Positions 1 through 9,386 of a DNA stretch of 34,903 nt are shown piece after piece. Positions within the stretch are counted from its first letter, which is position 1; the number at the start of each line of letters is the position of its first letter. Location: the IMG/VR virus record IMGVR_UViG_3300033402_000340, one strand, 5' to 3'. The DNA is from a virus. Position numbers and translations under genes: made by a program. The notes under the pieces are model-generated. The model was not told the DNA's origin, did no database searches, and was given only the letters and a program-made list of their open reading frames with translations.

Positions 1-333
1 AGGGGGCATCAACTGGATATTTCCATCCATTACAATCAAGAGACCGTAGAGTGGGATGGATGTGAACCACTGGGAGAAGACGATAAACTCTATGATCTAT
101 ATGTTCAGGCAAGTCTCGCTGCCGAAGAAGACTACGCGACGGCGCTTGGACGAGCATCTCTTGGGATGGTAGGCGTATCTGATGATCAAGGCGGAAAAGA
201 TTTCCTCGAGGAATGCGTACAAACTATGATCGAGTATGCCATTGATGATTTGGAAAAGAATTTCTCACCAGTTCAACATGCTTCATGGTGCGACCATCCG
301 GAATGCGTTGTAGCGGGGATCATGGCGGCATGA
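1..333 (+). CDS. hypothetical protein, 5'-truncated by the window edge; ends ...CVVAGIMAA (tail-like C-terminus)
   Basis: Frame 1 is open from nt 1 to TGA at 331-333. The downstream gene starts at the overlapping ATGA (330). Confidence 0.45.
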   Translation, partial: RGHQLDISIHYNQETVEWDGCEPLGEDDKLYDLYVQASLAAEEDYATALGRASLGMVGVSDDQGGKDFLEECVQTMIEYAIDDLEKNFSPVQHASWCDHPECVVAGIMAA

Positions 334-998
334 GAGCACAAGAAGACGGATTTCTCCAAGCCGTGACGATTCAAAATCACGATCTCAAACGAGCCAATTG
401 GGACTTTGTATACGAGACAAACTGTCCAGGGTATCCAAAAGAGGGTCTTAAAATCTATAGGTCCACGAGTGCTCGCAACGTCGCGGGCGTTCCATTTCGC
501 AAACTGGCTTCTATTGTTTGGTTCGAGCGTAAAGGGCAGACAAATTTTCTGAACTTCGCTACGACTGACGTGTCCAATTTGGAACATAATTCTCGAAATC
601 AATCGAGCCTCAAGATTCAAGAATGGGACACAAACTTGGTCATGAGCGCCATGCTGGCCGTATGGATTCCCTGGTTATGTTGCAATGCAGAACTCCATTG
701 TTGGATGGGAAAACACCTGAATCCGAAATCGTTGCAGCAACGTTCATTTCGTTGCATCAAGAATCAGTGTGCATATCTCGGAACAGATTCTTATACCGTT
801 CGAGATATGCCGGCTGCAGCAATGAACGGAGTTCTTCTTCTAGAACAGAAGTACAGGGAGTTCAACGGGATTGATATTCGAGAGTCAATGGAAAAATGCC
901 GCGAACAATTCAAATTTTTGGTAGGTCGCCATGTTTCGTTCGAAGATGTGAAGACAGCATGGGATGAAACTGTGACCGCGAGCGTATTGGAGTCCTGA
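330..998 (+). CDS. hypothetical protein; C-terminus ...TASVLES
   Basis: Long ORF. ATG 330 overlaps the upstream stop (ATGA). Family tail variant VLES-stop. Confidence 0.55.
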   Translation: MRAQEDGFLQAVTIQNHDLKRANWDFVYETNCPGYPKEGLKIYRSTSARNVAGVPFRKLASIVWFERKGQTNFLNFATTDVSNLEHNSRNQSSLKIQEWDTNLVMSAMLAVWIPWLCCNAELHCWMGKHLNPKSLQQRSFRCIKNQCAYLGTDSYTVRDMPAAAMNGVLLLEQKYREFNGIDIRESMEKCREQFKFLVGRHVSFEDVKTAWDETVTASVLES

Positions 999-1664
999 AT
1001 GAGTCAGATCCTAAGGTCATCTGTGCTTGATCGAGCTCTAACTCAAGCTGTGGGTATTTACAAAAGGTCGGATATCAAGAATTGTTCGGTTGGAACGACT
1101 GATACTAGGGGGATTGACGATTTCGTCAAAGGGATGATCATGATGCAACAAATCATGGGAATCCAGAAACCCATGATTTACGGAGTTGCAAAGGCCACAG
1201 CGTTCTTCTTCAACACTTCAAATGAACAAGAAGTTCTAGATAAACTCTCTGGCTTGAGAGAGGTGAAGCGCACCCCGACACCCAACAAAGTCCTACTCAA
1301 GATGGGTTTGGCGAGGATGCATGAGGTGATGAAAGCTATTGTTGCAGTAAATCGCAGCAAACAAAATAGTAGAGATTATTTGGCGCAACAGCGTTTGGAA
1401 AAGCCTGGTGAGTTCCATCCGCAAGATCCTGTGGACTTGGAGTTTCCTGACCTTAGCAACGTTCAGAACATTCTTGCATTTCAACAGAGAATTTCCAATC
1501 CGGCTCAAAGCCGGAACGGTGATATTGCGTATTTGGTTGATTATCATTGGATCGGTAACAAGTTGGACGATCTTATTCTCTTCACGAAAAAACCGGAAGT
1601 AAATGAGATTGTAATTCAAGAGTCTTGGGACCTCTGTTCGGTTGCAGGAGTAATGGAATCTTGA
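999..1664 (+). CDS. hypothetical protein; C-terminal tail ...AGVMES
   Basis: 221-aa ORF. ATG lies directly after the upstream TGA (TGAATG). Tail VMES-stop. Confidence 0.6.
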   Translation: MSQILRSSVLDRALTQAVGIYKRSDIKNCSVGTTDTRGIDDFVKGMIMMQQIMGIQKPMIYGVAKATAFFFNTSNEQEVLDKLSGLREVKRTPTPNKVLLKMGLARMHEVMKAIVAVNRSKQNSRDYLAQQRLEKPGEFHPQDPVDLEFPDLSNVQNILAFQQRISNPAQSRNGDIAYLVDYHWIGNKLDDLILFTKKPEVNEIVIQESWDLCSVAGVMES

Positions 1665-1712
1665 GACGGCTCGCATGGTTGTAGCTCGCGCGATCCGCGA
1701 CGTACTGATCAT

Positions 1713-2159
1713 GTGATCAACCGAACTTCCTACCAGTTTAAAACGGCGATCGCAGAAAGACTAACCGTCTGGTTCGTCACACGCCCTGACATCCAAGAAT
1801 GGCTCGACGCCGAGTTGGTGAAACTCGGTACGGACTTCTTCTTCGAGTGCGACAGCATCTCGGCCTTCGGAATCGGGAAGCTCCTGACCGGGATTCGGGT
1901 CTGGGGTACTCATCAGCACATGCCGCTCGATCCGAATGCAACCTTCTTCACGAAGAGGATGCACGAGGAGATCATGCGAGAAGGGTCATTCCAGCGTTTC
2001 TGCGTGCATGAGGTAGCGGACGTCATCCCCCTCATCCAGAAGTGCCAAACCAACATCGGGAACGCAGTCCATCAAACTCAATTTTGGAAGGATAACGTGG
2101 TCAAAATCCGGCGCATTGTGGGCAACAACAAGAAGGTTCGCGAGGTCATGACTGCGTAA
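1713..2159 (+). CDS. hypothetical protein; tail ...KVREVMTA
   Basis: 148-aa ORF. Apparent GTG start sits inside the palindrome TGATCATGTGATCA. Tail of family type. Confidence 0.55.
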   Translation: MINRTSYQFKTAIAERLTVWFVTRPDIQEWLDAELVKLGTDFFFECDSISAFGIGKLLTGIRVWGTHQHMPLDPNATFFTKRMHEEIMREGSFQRFCVHEVADVIPLIQKCQTNIGNAVHQTQFWKDNVVKIRRIVGNNKKVREVMTA

Positions 2160-2171
2160 ACTCGAATAGGC

Positions 2172-2420
2172 TTGAGCGTAAGCTCTCCTATGAAGATTAA
2201 GATCCATCAGACTAGGGCCGAATGTCAAGAGGTTGATGTTGCGGAGGCATGTCGCGAACGTGCAGCTGAGCACATGCAACGCCACCTTCAGAACCCTATC
2301 CGGACCGAGCGCGGCTACGACACTTGGGATAATCCGAGCAAGCCCATCGATCTGTGGACTGCCAAACTCTTGCTCGAGATTGCGGAGCTCTTCCAGAAGA
2401 CCGAGCCGAAGCCATTTTGA
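2172..2420 (+). CDS. hypothetical small protein
   Basis: 82-aa ORF filling the gap between flanking genes. Overlaps the start of the next ORF in another frame. Confidence 0.35.
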   Translation: MSVSSPMKIKIHQTRAECQEVDVAEACRERAAEHMQRHLQNPIRTERGYDTWDNPSKPIDLWTAKLLLEIAELFQKTEPKPF

Positions 2421-2791
2421 TGGAGAGGCTCGAAACTCTTCTCATTAGGATAGAGAAGATACTTCAAAATCTGGAGCGGGCTCCTCGCATGTGGGGTGGG
2501 GATGATGCTCAAGAAGCTCTTGTCTTTGCACTAGTTGGACTTCGACAGGTCATCTTCGGATACCCGGAATTCGATACCCTCACGGCTTTGATACATTTCA
2601 CCCGGGCGGTCAACGGACAGTCTGATAACCGGCCACTTTCTTATATTCTTCGCGAAGAAGGGATGAGTGATCAGCTTCCGCGCCTTTTAGGGGATTTCGC
2701 GAGATGTGTAGCTCGAGATTTCCCGCCGCTCACTCCAGATGTGGTTGACTGGCAAAATCAACAAATGGTTCGCGAAGTCATGGAGAGCTAA
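2354..2791 (+). CDS. hypothetical protein; tail ...MVREVMES
   Basis: 145-aa ORF with the canonical family tail. Confidence 0.6.
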   Translation: MDCQTLARDCGALPEDRAEAILMERLETLLIRIEKILQNLERAPRMWGGDDAQEALVFALVGLRQVIFGYPEFDTLTALIHFTRAVNGQSDNRPLSYILREEGMSDQLPRLLGDFARCVARDFPPLTPDVVDWQNQQMVREVMES

Positions 2792-2830
2792 ATCCTGCGT
2801 GCGCGAGCGTACGATCGGCGGAGGTTCCGC

Positions 2831-4072
2831 ATGGCGCTCGATCACGACGGCGATACGGCAGAGGTGCAGGGTTCAGGGTCCAAGCCCTACCAGCTCAAGA
2901 ACTCGGGTGGAGTCAAGAGCTGCTCTTGCCCTGCATGGCGCAATCAGTCGGTTCCCATCGACAAGCGCACCTGCAAGCACCTGCGAAAGGTCTGCGGTGA
3001 TGCAGCTGAGACGGCCCGTATTGGCGGTATCTCTGCCGTAGGGATCACCACAGGTCGCCTCCCGACCTCTGCACCCAACCTTAGCAACGCTCCGAGAGCC
3101 GCGTCCGGCAACGGGAATCCGGTGTCGAGCGTCGCTCTTGGTGAGCCGGGTTGGGAGGGCAAAAGCGTCGAATCGTTCGTCAACCACTGTCGCCGCGCCG
3201 GCATGGATTTCCTCATGCAAATGCGGCCTCAGATCGAGGAGATGGCGGAGAAGGAGCTTGGACGCAAGCTCCGTCAGGACGAGAAAGCGAAGTTCTTCGG
3301 GCCGCCCATCCTCCTCGCACATCCGTTTGAGGAGGCCGATATTAGCCCCAAGGGCTGGTGGATGAGCGAGAAGCTCGATGGGGTGCGCGCCTATTGGGAC
3401 GGGAAGCAGTTCATCTCCCGCCAAGGCAACATCTTCTACGCCCCGGATTGGTTCCGGAACGGTCTTCCCGACCACCCGCTCGACGGTGAGCTGTGGATGG
3501 GGCGTCATGCTTTCCAGCAGACGATCAGTGTCGTCAAGAGCGTGGATTCCGGAGACCGCTGGAAGAAGGTATGCTACCGCGCGTTCGACATGCCACACCT
3601 CACCCTCGAAGGATTCGAGAAGCGGATGGAATTGCTCGAGGGTGTCCTCAAGCATCGCCACAGCGACTTTTTCAAGATGGTCGATCAAAACCCATGTCTC
3701 GGGCTCGATCACCTCAAGCAGGAGTTGGATCGCTTGGTTGCTCTCGGGGCTGAGGGGGTCATGATTCGCGAGCCGAAATCTCGGTACGTCGCGGCCCGGA
3801 GCGCCACCATTCTGAAGGTCAAGCCGTGGAAGGATGCGGAGGCCACGGTCATCGGTTATGAGGCCGGGAAAGGCCGCCACAAGGGCAGGACGGGCGGTCT
3901 GGAGGTTCGGACGCCGGAAGGCATCGAGTTCAACCTCGGCGGCGGGCTCACAGACGAAGATCGACGCAACCCTCCTCCGATTGGATCTGTGGTGACTTAT
4001 CGCTACATGGACAAGACCGACGCTGGGAAGCCGAAGGGTGCTAGTTTCATTGCGGTGAGGGACTACGAATGA
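2831..4072 (+). CDS. ATP-dependent DNA ligase with N-terminal SWIM-type zinc finger
   Basis: KxDG adenylation motif (EKLDGVRAYWDG), a nucleotidyltransferase core, and a C-terminal OB-like region. N-terminal CxC...CxH (CSCPAW...CKH). GGAGG lies 6 nt upstream of the ATG. Confidence 0.8.
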   Translation: MALDHDGDTAEVQGSGSKPYQLKNSGGVKSCSCPAWRNQSVPIDKRTCKHLRKVCGDAAETARIGGISAVGITTGRLPTSAPNLSNAPRAASGNGNPVSSVALGEPGWEGKSVESFVNHCRRAGMDFLMQMRPQIEEMAEKELGRKLRQDEKAKFFGPPILLAHPFEEADISPKGWWMSEKLDGVRAYWDGKQFISRQGNIFYAPDWFRNGLPDHPLDGELWMGRHAFQQTISVVKSVDSGDRWKKVCYRAFDMPHLTLEGFEKRMELLEGVLKHRHSDFFKMVDQNPCLGLDHLKQELDRLVALGAEGVMIREPKSRYVAARSATILKVKPWKDAEATVIGYEAGKGRHKGRTGGLEVRTPEGIEFNLGGGLTDEDRRNPPPIGSVVTYRYMDKTDAGKPKGASFIAVRDYE

Positions 4073-4347
4073 GAAGCGCACCAATGAAGATCACAATCGC
4101 ATTCCACACTGATGAATCCGAGGGTCAGGTCGTCTCTTCCAAAACATACGACTTTTCTCGGTCAGGAGTATGGGACAAGCTTCAAGGCGTCTGCGCTCAG
4201 TACGAAGATGAAGGTATCACCATCGATCATGGTGGAGACCGTGAGACTTATGAGCTGGATCTCGCGGATGGGTTCTCCACCCTGGTTGAGGGCGAGAAAC
4301 TGGCCCGCGATATGATGGCTGTCGTGGAGGATGCTCTCAGCGCATGA
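4069..4347 (+). CDS. hypothetical protein
   Basis: 92-aa ORF. ATG overlaps the ligase stop (ATGA). Confidence 0.5.
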   Translation: MRSAPMKITIAFHTDESEGQVVSSKTYDFSRSGVWDKLQGVCAQYEDEGITIDHGGDRETYELDLADGFSTLVEGEKLARDMMAVVEDALSA

Positions 4348-4541
4348 ATATCATTCCAGGTGCCAAGTACAGGATCGATGTGACGGCACGTCTTCGAAAG
4401 TTGGAGAAGAAGCCATCCCAAAATGGGTTGGACCAACTCAAACGAGAAGCCGCAGAGCATCAGATTTCATTGGTGCCTTGGGAGAAACGCATCAAGTCGC
4501 TGGAAAAACAAATTGTCCTTTATGAAGTCATGGAGTCGTGA
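4344..4541 (+). CDS. hypothetical small protein; tail ...LYEVMES
   Basis: ATGA overlap with the upstream stop. Family tail. Confidence 0.55.
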   Translation: MNIIPGAKYRIDVTARLRKLEKKPSQNGLDQLKREAAEHQISLVPWEKRIKSLEKQIVLYEVMES

Positions 4542-4744
4542 TGGAACACTGTTGGAAAACTATCATCCAAAACGGGTCCTTGGAGACGCAGGAATGCATT
4601 GTCTGCTCTCTCCGTGTAGTGGAAGACTATTCGATGAATGCGCAGTGGCTCCGCAGAGGCGGGCAGCGTTTGTCAAAGGAACTGGTTCTGGAGCAAATTC
4701 CGGATTGCGACGTCATGTTCTGTATCGAGGTGATGGACTCGTGA
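4538..4744 (+). CDS. hypothetical small protein; tail ...CIEVMDS
   Basis: TGATGG overlap. Family tail. Confidence 0.55.
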   Translation: MMEHCWKTIIQNGSLETQECIVCSLRVVEDYSMNAQWLRRGGQRLSKELVLEQIPDCDVMFCIEVMDS

Positions 4745-5121
4745 TCAAGCATCTCGCCAGTCTCAGTCGACTGCTACAGTCGGGATATGCCCTTTCCAAG
4801 AAGAAAGGCAATTACACGGAGCAGTTGACAAAGATTCCGGGCTTCATTGGGTCATTCAACATTGACGGTGTTGGCGATGTGTCCGATGCTCCCGCTGGAC
4901 AAGAAGGACACTTGCTTGTCGAAGGAACCTGGAAAGTAGTCCACGGGCCTCCCTGTACCTTCATGTCAGGTTGGGAACAATGCGATCCCACCAGGCCTCT
5001 TTACACGGTCCTGTTTTTCTTTGCAGGACACAAGCAGATCAAATTCTTTCGGGAGGACCCAACCGAGACCGTCGAACAATGGATTCCAGAAGCCGTCGTC
5101 CATGAGGCTCTGACGTCCTGA
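4741..5121 (+). CDS. hypothetical protein (GTG start overlapping upstream TGA); ends ...VVHEALTS
   Basis: Downstream part of the long 4423..5121 frame. The upstream part overlaps two tail-bearing ORFs, so the GTG start at 4741 is preferred. Confidence 0.4.
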   Translation: MIKHLASLSRLLQSGYALSKKKGNYTEQLTKIPGFIGSFNIDGVGDVSDAPAGQEGHLLVEGTWKVVHGPPCTFMSGWEQCDPTRPLYTVLFFFAGHKQIKFFREDPTETVEQWIPEAVVHEALTS

Positions 5122-5651
5122 TGAATCAAGTCGTCGAGTACCACGAAGAAATTCCATCCACGATGTGCAATATCGGCGGGAAGAACAAAATACGACTTGA
5201 AGCTCGTCTCGTGGCTACAATCCAATCTCATGGGCAGCGGGTCAACGACTTGAAGTTTCGAATTGAAGAGGAACTTCCTTATGAGATTCAAGAAAAACTC
5301 AACGGCCAGTCACGATCTCGTTGGGATTATAAGATGCGCAGGGTAATCGGGGAGAGCCGATGGGGCATCTGCGGAATGCGTTATAGCATCCACCCTCCGC
5401 TGCCGAAACCCTTTCCCGGGTATCCTGCGATCTCGCAAGCTGAGTTCATTACGGTGATGCAATTGCTGGCAACGCCAGGACCGCACAATGGCGAGATCAT
5501 CGGACAATACTTCCGAATGCTCGAGGTTTATCCAGCGTACGAGACTGGCAAATCTTGGATTAAAGACATCATGCCAGAATGGTTTCGTTACCTGATGCAG
5601 GGCGTTGAACACATGAGACTGGCAGATATTCGGGAGATCATGGAGCAATGA
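5121..5651 (+). CDS. hypothetical protein; tail ...IREIMEQ
   Basis: 176-aa ORF. ATGA overlap. Confidence 0.6.
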   Translation: MNQVVEYHEEIPSTMCNIGGKNKIRLEARLVATIQSHGQRVNDLKFRIEEELPYEIQEKLNGQSRSRWDYKMRRVIGESRWGICGMRYSIHPPLPKPFPGYPAISQAEFITVMQLLATPGPHNGEIIGQYFRMLEVYPAYETGKSWIKDIMPEWFRYLMQGVEHMRLADIREIMEQ

Positions 5652-6352
5652 CGAAGCCTGTGATTTTTCCATATGAGACGTCAAACACTCGTTCTCCAGA
5701 ACACAACATTCTCCGAGTTCTGTTTACATATTGGCTGAATACCGGAGTTCTCGATACCTGGATGAGAGAGACCGAAATTAAACCCATTTCCAATACTGCA
5801 TGTCATGTTGGAAGGGCCTTTTTGATGGCTCGTCTTGAACCAATTCGAGTGGGGTTTCTTGAATGGATTATGACCGACCCGCTCGCTAGCTTCATGACGA
5901 CAGATTCCGTCCGAAAGCGGATTCACGCATTCGGCACGAAGGAAGATGTTGATCATCTCGGTCCATGTTCATATGAACCTTTCGACACCATTGCTGGAAC
6001 ACGATTCAAAGTCGTTTCAGACATTGACAGGGCTCGTCTTCCGAAGGACATCAAAAAGTCTTTCCACACCAAGGCTCGTCGCTTCGTAATCAAATTTGCG
6101 GAGCAGTATCTCAAATGGGACTGGGAAGACAGTAATATGACTGGAGGCGATGAGCCGACTGAGATTCAGCGCAAACGAGATGTTAAGGACTGGATCGAAT
6201 TCGCCATCAAGCACGACAGTCAATGGGTGGCTTCAGAAAATTTGCGCCAAATTAGGAATCTCTATCGTCGAATGTCCGCTTTCGAGAATCTTGAAGATGT
6301 ACTTCACGATTTGCTTCAAGAAGCATCAGTGGCGAATGTTATGCTCTCATGA
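5648..6352 (+). CDS. hypothetical protein; tail ...VANVMLS
   Basis: 234-aa ORF. ATGA overlap. Confidence 0.6.
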   Translation: MTKPVIFPYETSNTRSPEHNILRVLFTYWLNTGVLDTWMRETEIKPISNTACHVGRAFLMARLEPIRVGFLEWIMTDPLASFMTTDSVRKRIHAFGTKEDVDHLGPCSYEPFDTIAGTRFKVVSDIDRARLPKDIKKSFHTKARRFVIKFAEQYLKWDWEDSNMTGGDEPTEIQRKRDVKDWIEFAIKHDSQWVASENLRQIRNLYRRMSAFENLEDVLHDLLQEASVANVMLS

Positions 6353-6627
6353 GTAAGGGTCCGGCACGCTCGAGAATCGTGTCAGACCGTGGACACGTGT
6401 GGACTGATGACGGTCCACCTACTAAGAGTGCCATTTATCCGGGTCGAAGGCAGCGCATTAGATGTGTTAATTGTGGAACTATTTGCGAATTTCCGAAAGC
6501 ACACGCATTTCCTGATTTCAACGACTACAAAACTACATACGTTCCGGTTCAGGCTTGGGCCGGAGGCTTGAATATGAGATTTCACAATTGTGATGTGCTA
6601 ATGATTGCGAGAATCATGAACGAATGA
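6349..6627 (+). CDS. small zinc-ribbon protein; tail ...IARIMNE
   Basis: CVNCGTIC motif. ATGA overlap. Confidence 0.55.
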   Translation: MSKGPARSRIVSDRGHVWTDDGPPTKSAIYPGRRQRIRCVNCGTICEFPKAHAFPDFNDYKTTYVPVQAWAGGLNMRFHNCDVLMIARIMNE

Positions 6628-6830
6628 AGTCGCCGAGTGAACATATCTGGCGTCTCAACACTGTCAAAAGAGTTGGTGGTCATGCCAGGCGTCGCTATTG
6701 GGAATGTCGCAATTGCGGATTAAAGACAACTTCATTCACACTCAGGCCTCCTGAACAAGAAGCTCTCCATCCATTTGTTCGAGACTTGACATGTCAAGAG
6801 ACCCTAATATACCATATTATATCTTCTTAA
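6624..6830 (+). CDS. small zinc-ribbon protein (ECRNCG)
   Basis: 68-aa ORF. ATGA overlap. Confidence 0.5.
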   Translation: MKSPSEHIWRLNTVKRVGGHARRRYWECRNCGLKTTSFTLRPPEQEALHPFVRDLTCQETLIYHIISS

Positions 6831-6833
6831 TAT

Positions 6834-7508
6834 ATGCCATATATTTACGAAATTTATGGCATATATTCGACTCATCCAGCAGATACTCGAATTTTCGGCG
6901 TAAATTTTCTCGTGAGTAACAAAGGTCGACCCGGCTGGCTCCCAACTTTGAAGGATCTATTTGGTCCGGCCAAAGTAATTCCTCATAGGGAGCGATCGAC
7001 GTCCGTAAAAACCACTAAACTGCCGGAAGAATTGGATCCGAGTTTGTCTGTAGACCTTGGAGATCTTGAACTGAGAACAACTCAAACTGAATCTGAAAGA
7101 ATTGCGCTTCTTCCTGCGCCACCGCCTATTGGGTTTGAACCAGATCTTTCTGAGTTCGGAGTAAAGGAACCGACTTTCGGATACCGAAGCGACCCTTCCG
7201 AAAAGCAAGGTTCCGGAGCGGGTGGTTACGACTTGAACGGGTCATATTTTGCCGATGATGTCGATTTGACAGATTTCGGTGGTCTTTGGGTCGTAGTGGA
7301 TCGCGGAGATGCTAAGAGCAGACCCGCAGGCACTCAGCGTTATGGAGTCTGCCGTGTGGATGACCAGCCGGGGAAAGTGGATCACCGACGCGATATGCGT
7401 GAGCTCGGAATCCAAATTCGACCTTCGGAAGGAATCGGTGAGTCTTACGAAGAAGCTTGTAAGAGTGCAGAGCAGATGAATTTCATAGAACTAGACATGA
7501 ACTCATGA
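6834..7508 (+). CDS. hypothetical protein; tail ...IELDMNS. The true start is probably internal (e.g. GTG near 6912).
   Basis: The first ~40 nt coincide with a conserved intergenic palindromic motif that is also found at 22272-22316. Confidence 0.45.
   Translation: MPYIYEIYGIYSTHPADTRIFGVNFLVSNKGRPGWLPTLKDLFGPAKVIPHRERSTSVKTTKLPEELDPSLSVDLGDLELRTTQTESERIALLPAPPPIGFEPDLSEFGVKEPTFGYRSDPSEKQGSGAGGYDLNGSYFADDVDLTDFGGLWVVVDRGDAKSRPAGTQRYGVCRVDDQPGKVDHRRDMRELGIQIRPSEGIGESYEEACKSAEQMNFIELDMNS
6835..6875. repeat. conserved intergenic motif, copy 1: TATGCCATATATTTACGAAATTTATGGCATATATTCG, with inverted arms TATGCCATA/TATGGCATA
   Basis: Repeated at 22272-22316 (ATATGGCATATATTTCGGAAATTTCTGGCATATGATCGG). 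Confidence 0.5.
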
Positions 7509-7789
7509 GCGAAGAAGTTGGTAAGAATTTGAGACGACAATGGATTCAGGTCAAGCATTCAGAATTGATCCGATATTCTGACGACAGTCCGTATAGATCT
7601 GAATGCCCTCATTGCGCTTATAATCCACCAGGAATTCTTTTGGTCGTTAGAACTAATGGTGGCCTTTCTCGTTTGGATCATTGCTCAGGGTGTGGACAAC
7701 AGTATATCTATACTGACGACACAATTAACGGAGAAGCTCTCTCCCCGACGATTGAAGAATGTTTGGTTGGGGAGATCATGGGATCATGA
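7505..7789 (+). CDS. small zinc-ribbon protein; tail ...LVGEIMGS
   Basis: CPHC...GCGQQ motifs. ATGA overlap. Confidence 0.55.
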   Translation: MSEEVGKNLRRQWIQVKHSELIRYSDDSPYRSECPHCAYNPPGILLVVRTNGGLSRLDHCSGCGQQYIYTDDTINGEALSPTIEECLVGEIMGS

Positions 7790-8010
7790 CTCAATCACCA
7801 ATGGACCCTGCTGGTAGTTATTTCAATTGCCGATTTCAATACGCGTCGGGTAAAACCTGCGGGAGCCCGACTCGAAATGCATTCATCATGAAATGGGGCA
7901 ACGTGAAGTATCGATGTCCAAACCATAAACTAGATTTCATTGAAGTCCGTTTTCTAGTAGAAGAAGTAACAGTTGAAGAAGGTCTTGTGTTTGAGGTTAT
8001 GAACATATGA
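7786..8010 (+). CDS. small Cys-containing protein; tail ...VFEVMNI
   Basis: ATG at 7786 (ATGA overlap), in frame with the longer 7759 ORF. Confidence 0.5.
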   Translation: MTQSPMDPAGSYFNCRFQYASGKTCGSPTRNAFIMKWGNVKYRCPNHKLDFIEVRFLVEEVTVEEGLVFEVMNI

Positions 8011-8330
8011 CCACCGAATCAATCACAAAAAAGAGAGGACTTCAACGTCGAATTGGGATCGCTCCGACGTCGACCATCCGAATTACAGAAGCTCGTTTGC
8101 GAGCTCTCATTTTAGAGGTCCTACCGACAGATTCCTCCAAACGAATGGCTATTTCTGGTGTCCTGTATGCGATTGAAGATAAGCTTCAAGCTCGTCCGAT
8201 GATCGAATCATCGAATGGACGATCAATTCAAGGTTGGCACTTGGTCCAACCTGGTGACGTCAGATTGGCAATTTGTAGGCTGACGAACAAGGTTAAATGG
8301 GATGGAATGTTCCCATATCGCATCAAATGA
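8007..8330 (+). CDS. hypothetical protein
   Basis: 107-aa ORF. ATGA overlap. Confidence 0.5.
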   Translation: MTTESITKKRGLQRRIGIAPTSTIRITEARLRALILEVLPTDSSKRMAISGVLYAIEDKLQARPMIESSNGRSIQGWHLVQPGDVRLAICRLTNKVKWDGMFPYRIK

Positions 8331-8348
8331 AATTCAAAGACTATAGGA

Positions 8349-9002
8349 TCATGAGGTAATAACATCGGCCGCAATTTGAGTTTCGATGAGATATAGGATG
8401 AATTCTCGAGCCTGGGGCTCAGTGAACCATCCTTGGAGATTGCAAGTGCAATTCATGTCATCTGCAGTCATTACTACTTGTCGTCCTGTTCCAACCCATT
8501 CACTCCACATCTTGACAATATGCTCGAATCGCCACCGTTCGAGCTTAGTCCCTGTAGTGGAACCTTCAACTTTGATCAGAAGCTTATTGGAAACGAGATC
8601 CTGACCACATGATACCTTGAGTGTCATGTTCGAGAATCGACTCACTAGCTCTTGTAAATCTCTACTCCATTGAGTCCGCTGTAGCCACGCTTTGTAATCT
8701 GCAGCGGATTTATTTCCGTGCAGGATCGCGCTTTGAATATAGTGGAAATCTCTCCACCTATCGCCTTTCCAACGCTTAGGCATGGAGATATAATGTCTCT
8801 TCTCTGAAGAGACAGGTGAAGATATTCCGGAGACAAGGTAGACCGTTCCGTCGTAAAAGGCGCACGGGTATTTGAAATCATCCACAATTAATGTGCATTT
8901 GCCTCTGGCTCCCACCGTGATACTGGCTTCAATTCCGTAATGTGACAGAGCGGCGAGAAACCGGCTTTGTGTGCGCGAGACGCGCGATTCGTAAGAGCTC
9001 AC
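8349..9002 (-). CDS. hypothetical protein (the only clear minus-strand gene in this block)
   Basis: 217-aa ORF. A divergent intergenic region lies at 9003-9075. Confidence 0.55.
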   Translation of the reverse strand: MSSYESRVSRTQSRFLAALSHYGIEASITVGARGKCTLIVDDFKYPCAFYDGTVYLVSGISSPVSSEKRHYISMPKRWKGDRWRDFHYIQSAILHGNKSAADYKAWLQRTQWSRDLQELVSRFSNMTLKVSCGQDLVSNKLLIKVEGSTTGTKLERWRFEHIVKMWSEWVGTGRQVVMTADDMNCTCNLQGWFTEPQAREFILYLIETQIAADVITS

Positions 9003-9075
9003 TTGTTCATTACTCGAGCCATGGCCAAATTTGCGTGTATGCTAGATTTCGAACCGTTGCGCGTACAACACGCGA

Positions 9076-9345
9076 ATGAGTCGTCCCATCTTATCATCTG
9101 ACGAACGAGTCCTGCGGCGTGCCTGGCTGCGTTTTCATACGGGTCAGCGGAAACCGTTCGTTTTTCGCGAGAAAAAATACTCATTTGAAATTATTACGGG
9201 AGAAGATGGTGGTTCGAAGCTCGTTCTTGTTGTGATGAGCGAGTGGCCTGGAGAAGGCAAATGGCTTCCTCTTAGTTCCCCAGATCCAGATGTGATTTTG
9301 GAAGCCATCAATAGCCACACTGTTCAGGAGATCATGAATTCTTAA
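9076..9345 (+). CDS. hypothetical protein; tail ...VQEIMNS
   Basis: 89-aa ORF. Confidence 0.55.
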   Translation: MSRPILSSDERVLRRAWLRFHTGQRKPFVFREKKYSFEIITGEDGGSKLVLVVMSEWPGEGKWLPLSSPDPDVILEAINSHTVQEIMNS

Positions 9346-9386
9346 CTTGTAACGAAGTTCTCATCCGATCAGAGTAGATAATCAAT

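Noticed and set aside
2873-4084. 403-aa ORF on the minus strand, antisense to the DNA ligase
   Set aside because: It mirrors the ligase gene in a GC-rich region and has no motifs. The sense strand has clear ligase motifs and a strong RBS. Treated as a shadow ORF.
4423-4744. N-terminal part of the 232-aa ORF 4423..5121, overlapping two small tail-bearing ORFs in another frame
   Set aside because: The two small ORFs carry the family tail and ATGA coupling. Only the downstream part from GTG 4741 is kept as a gene.
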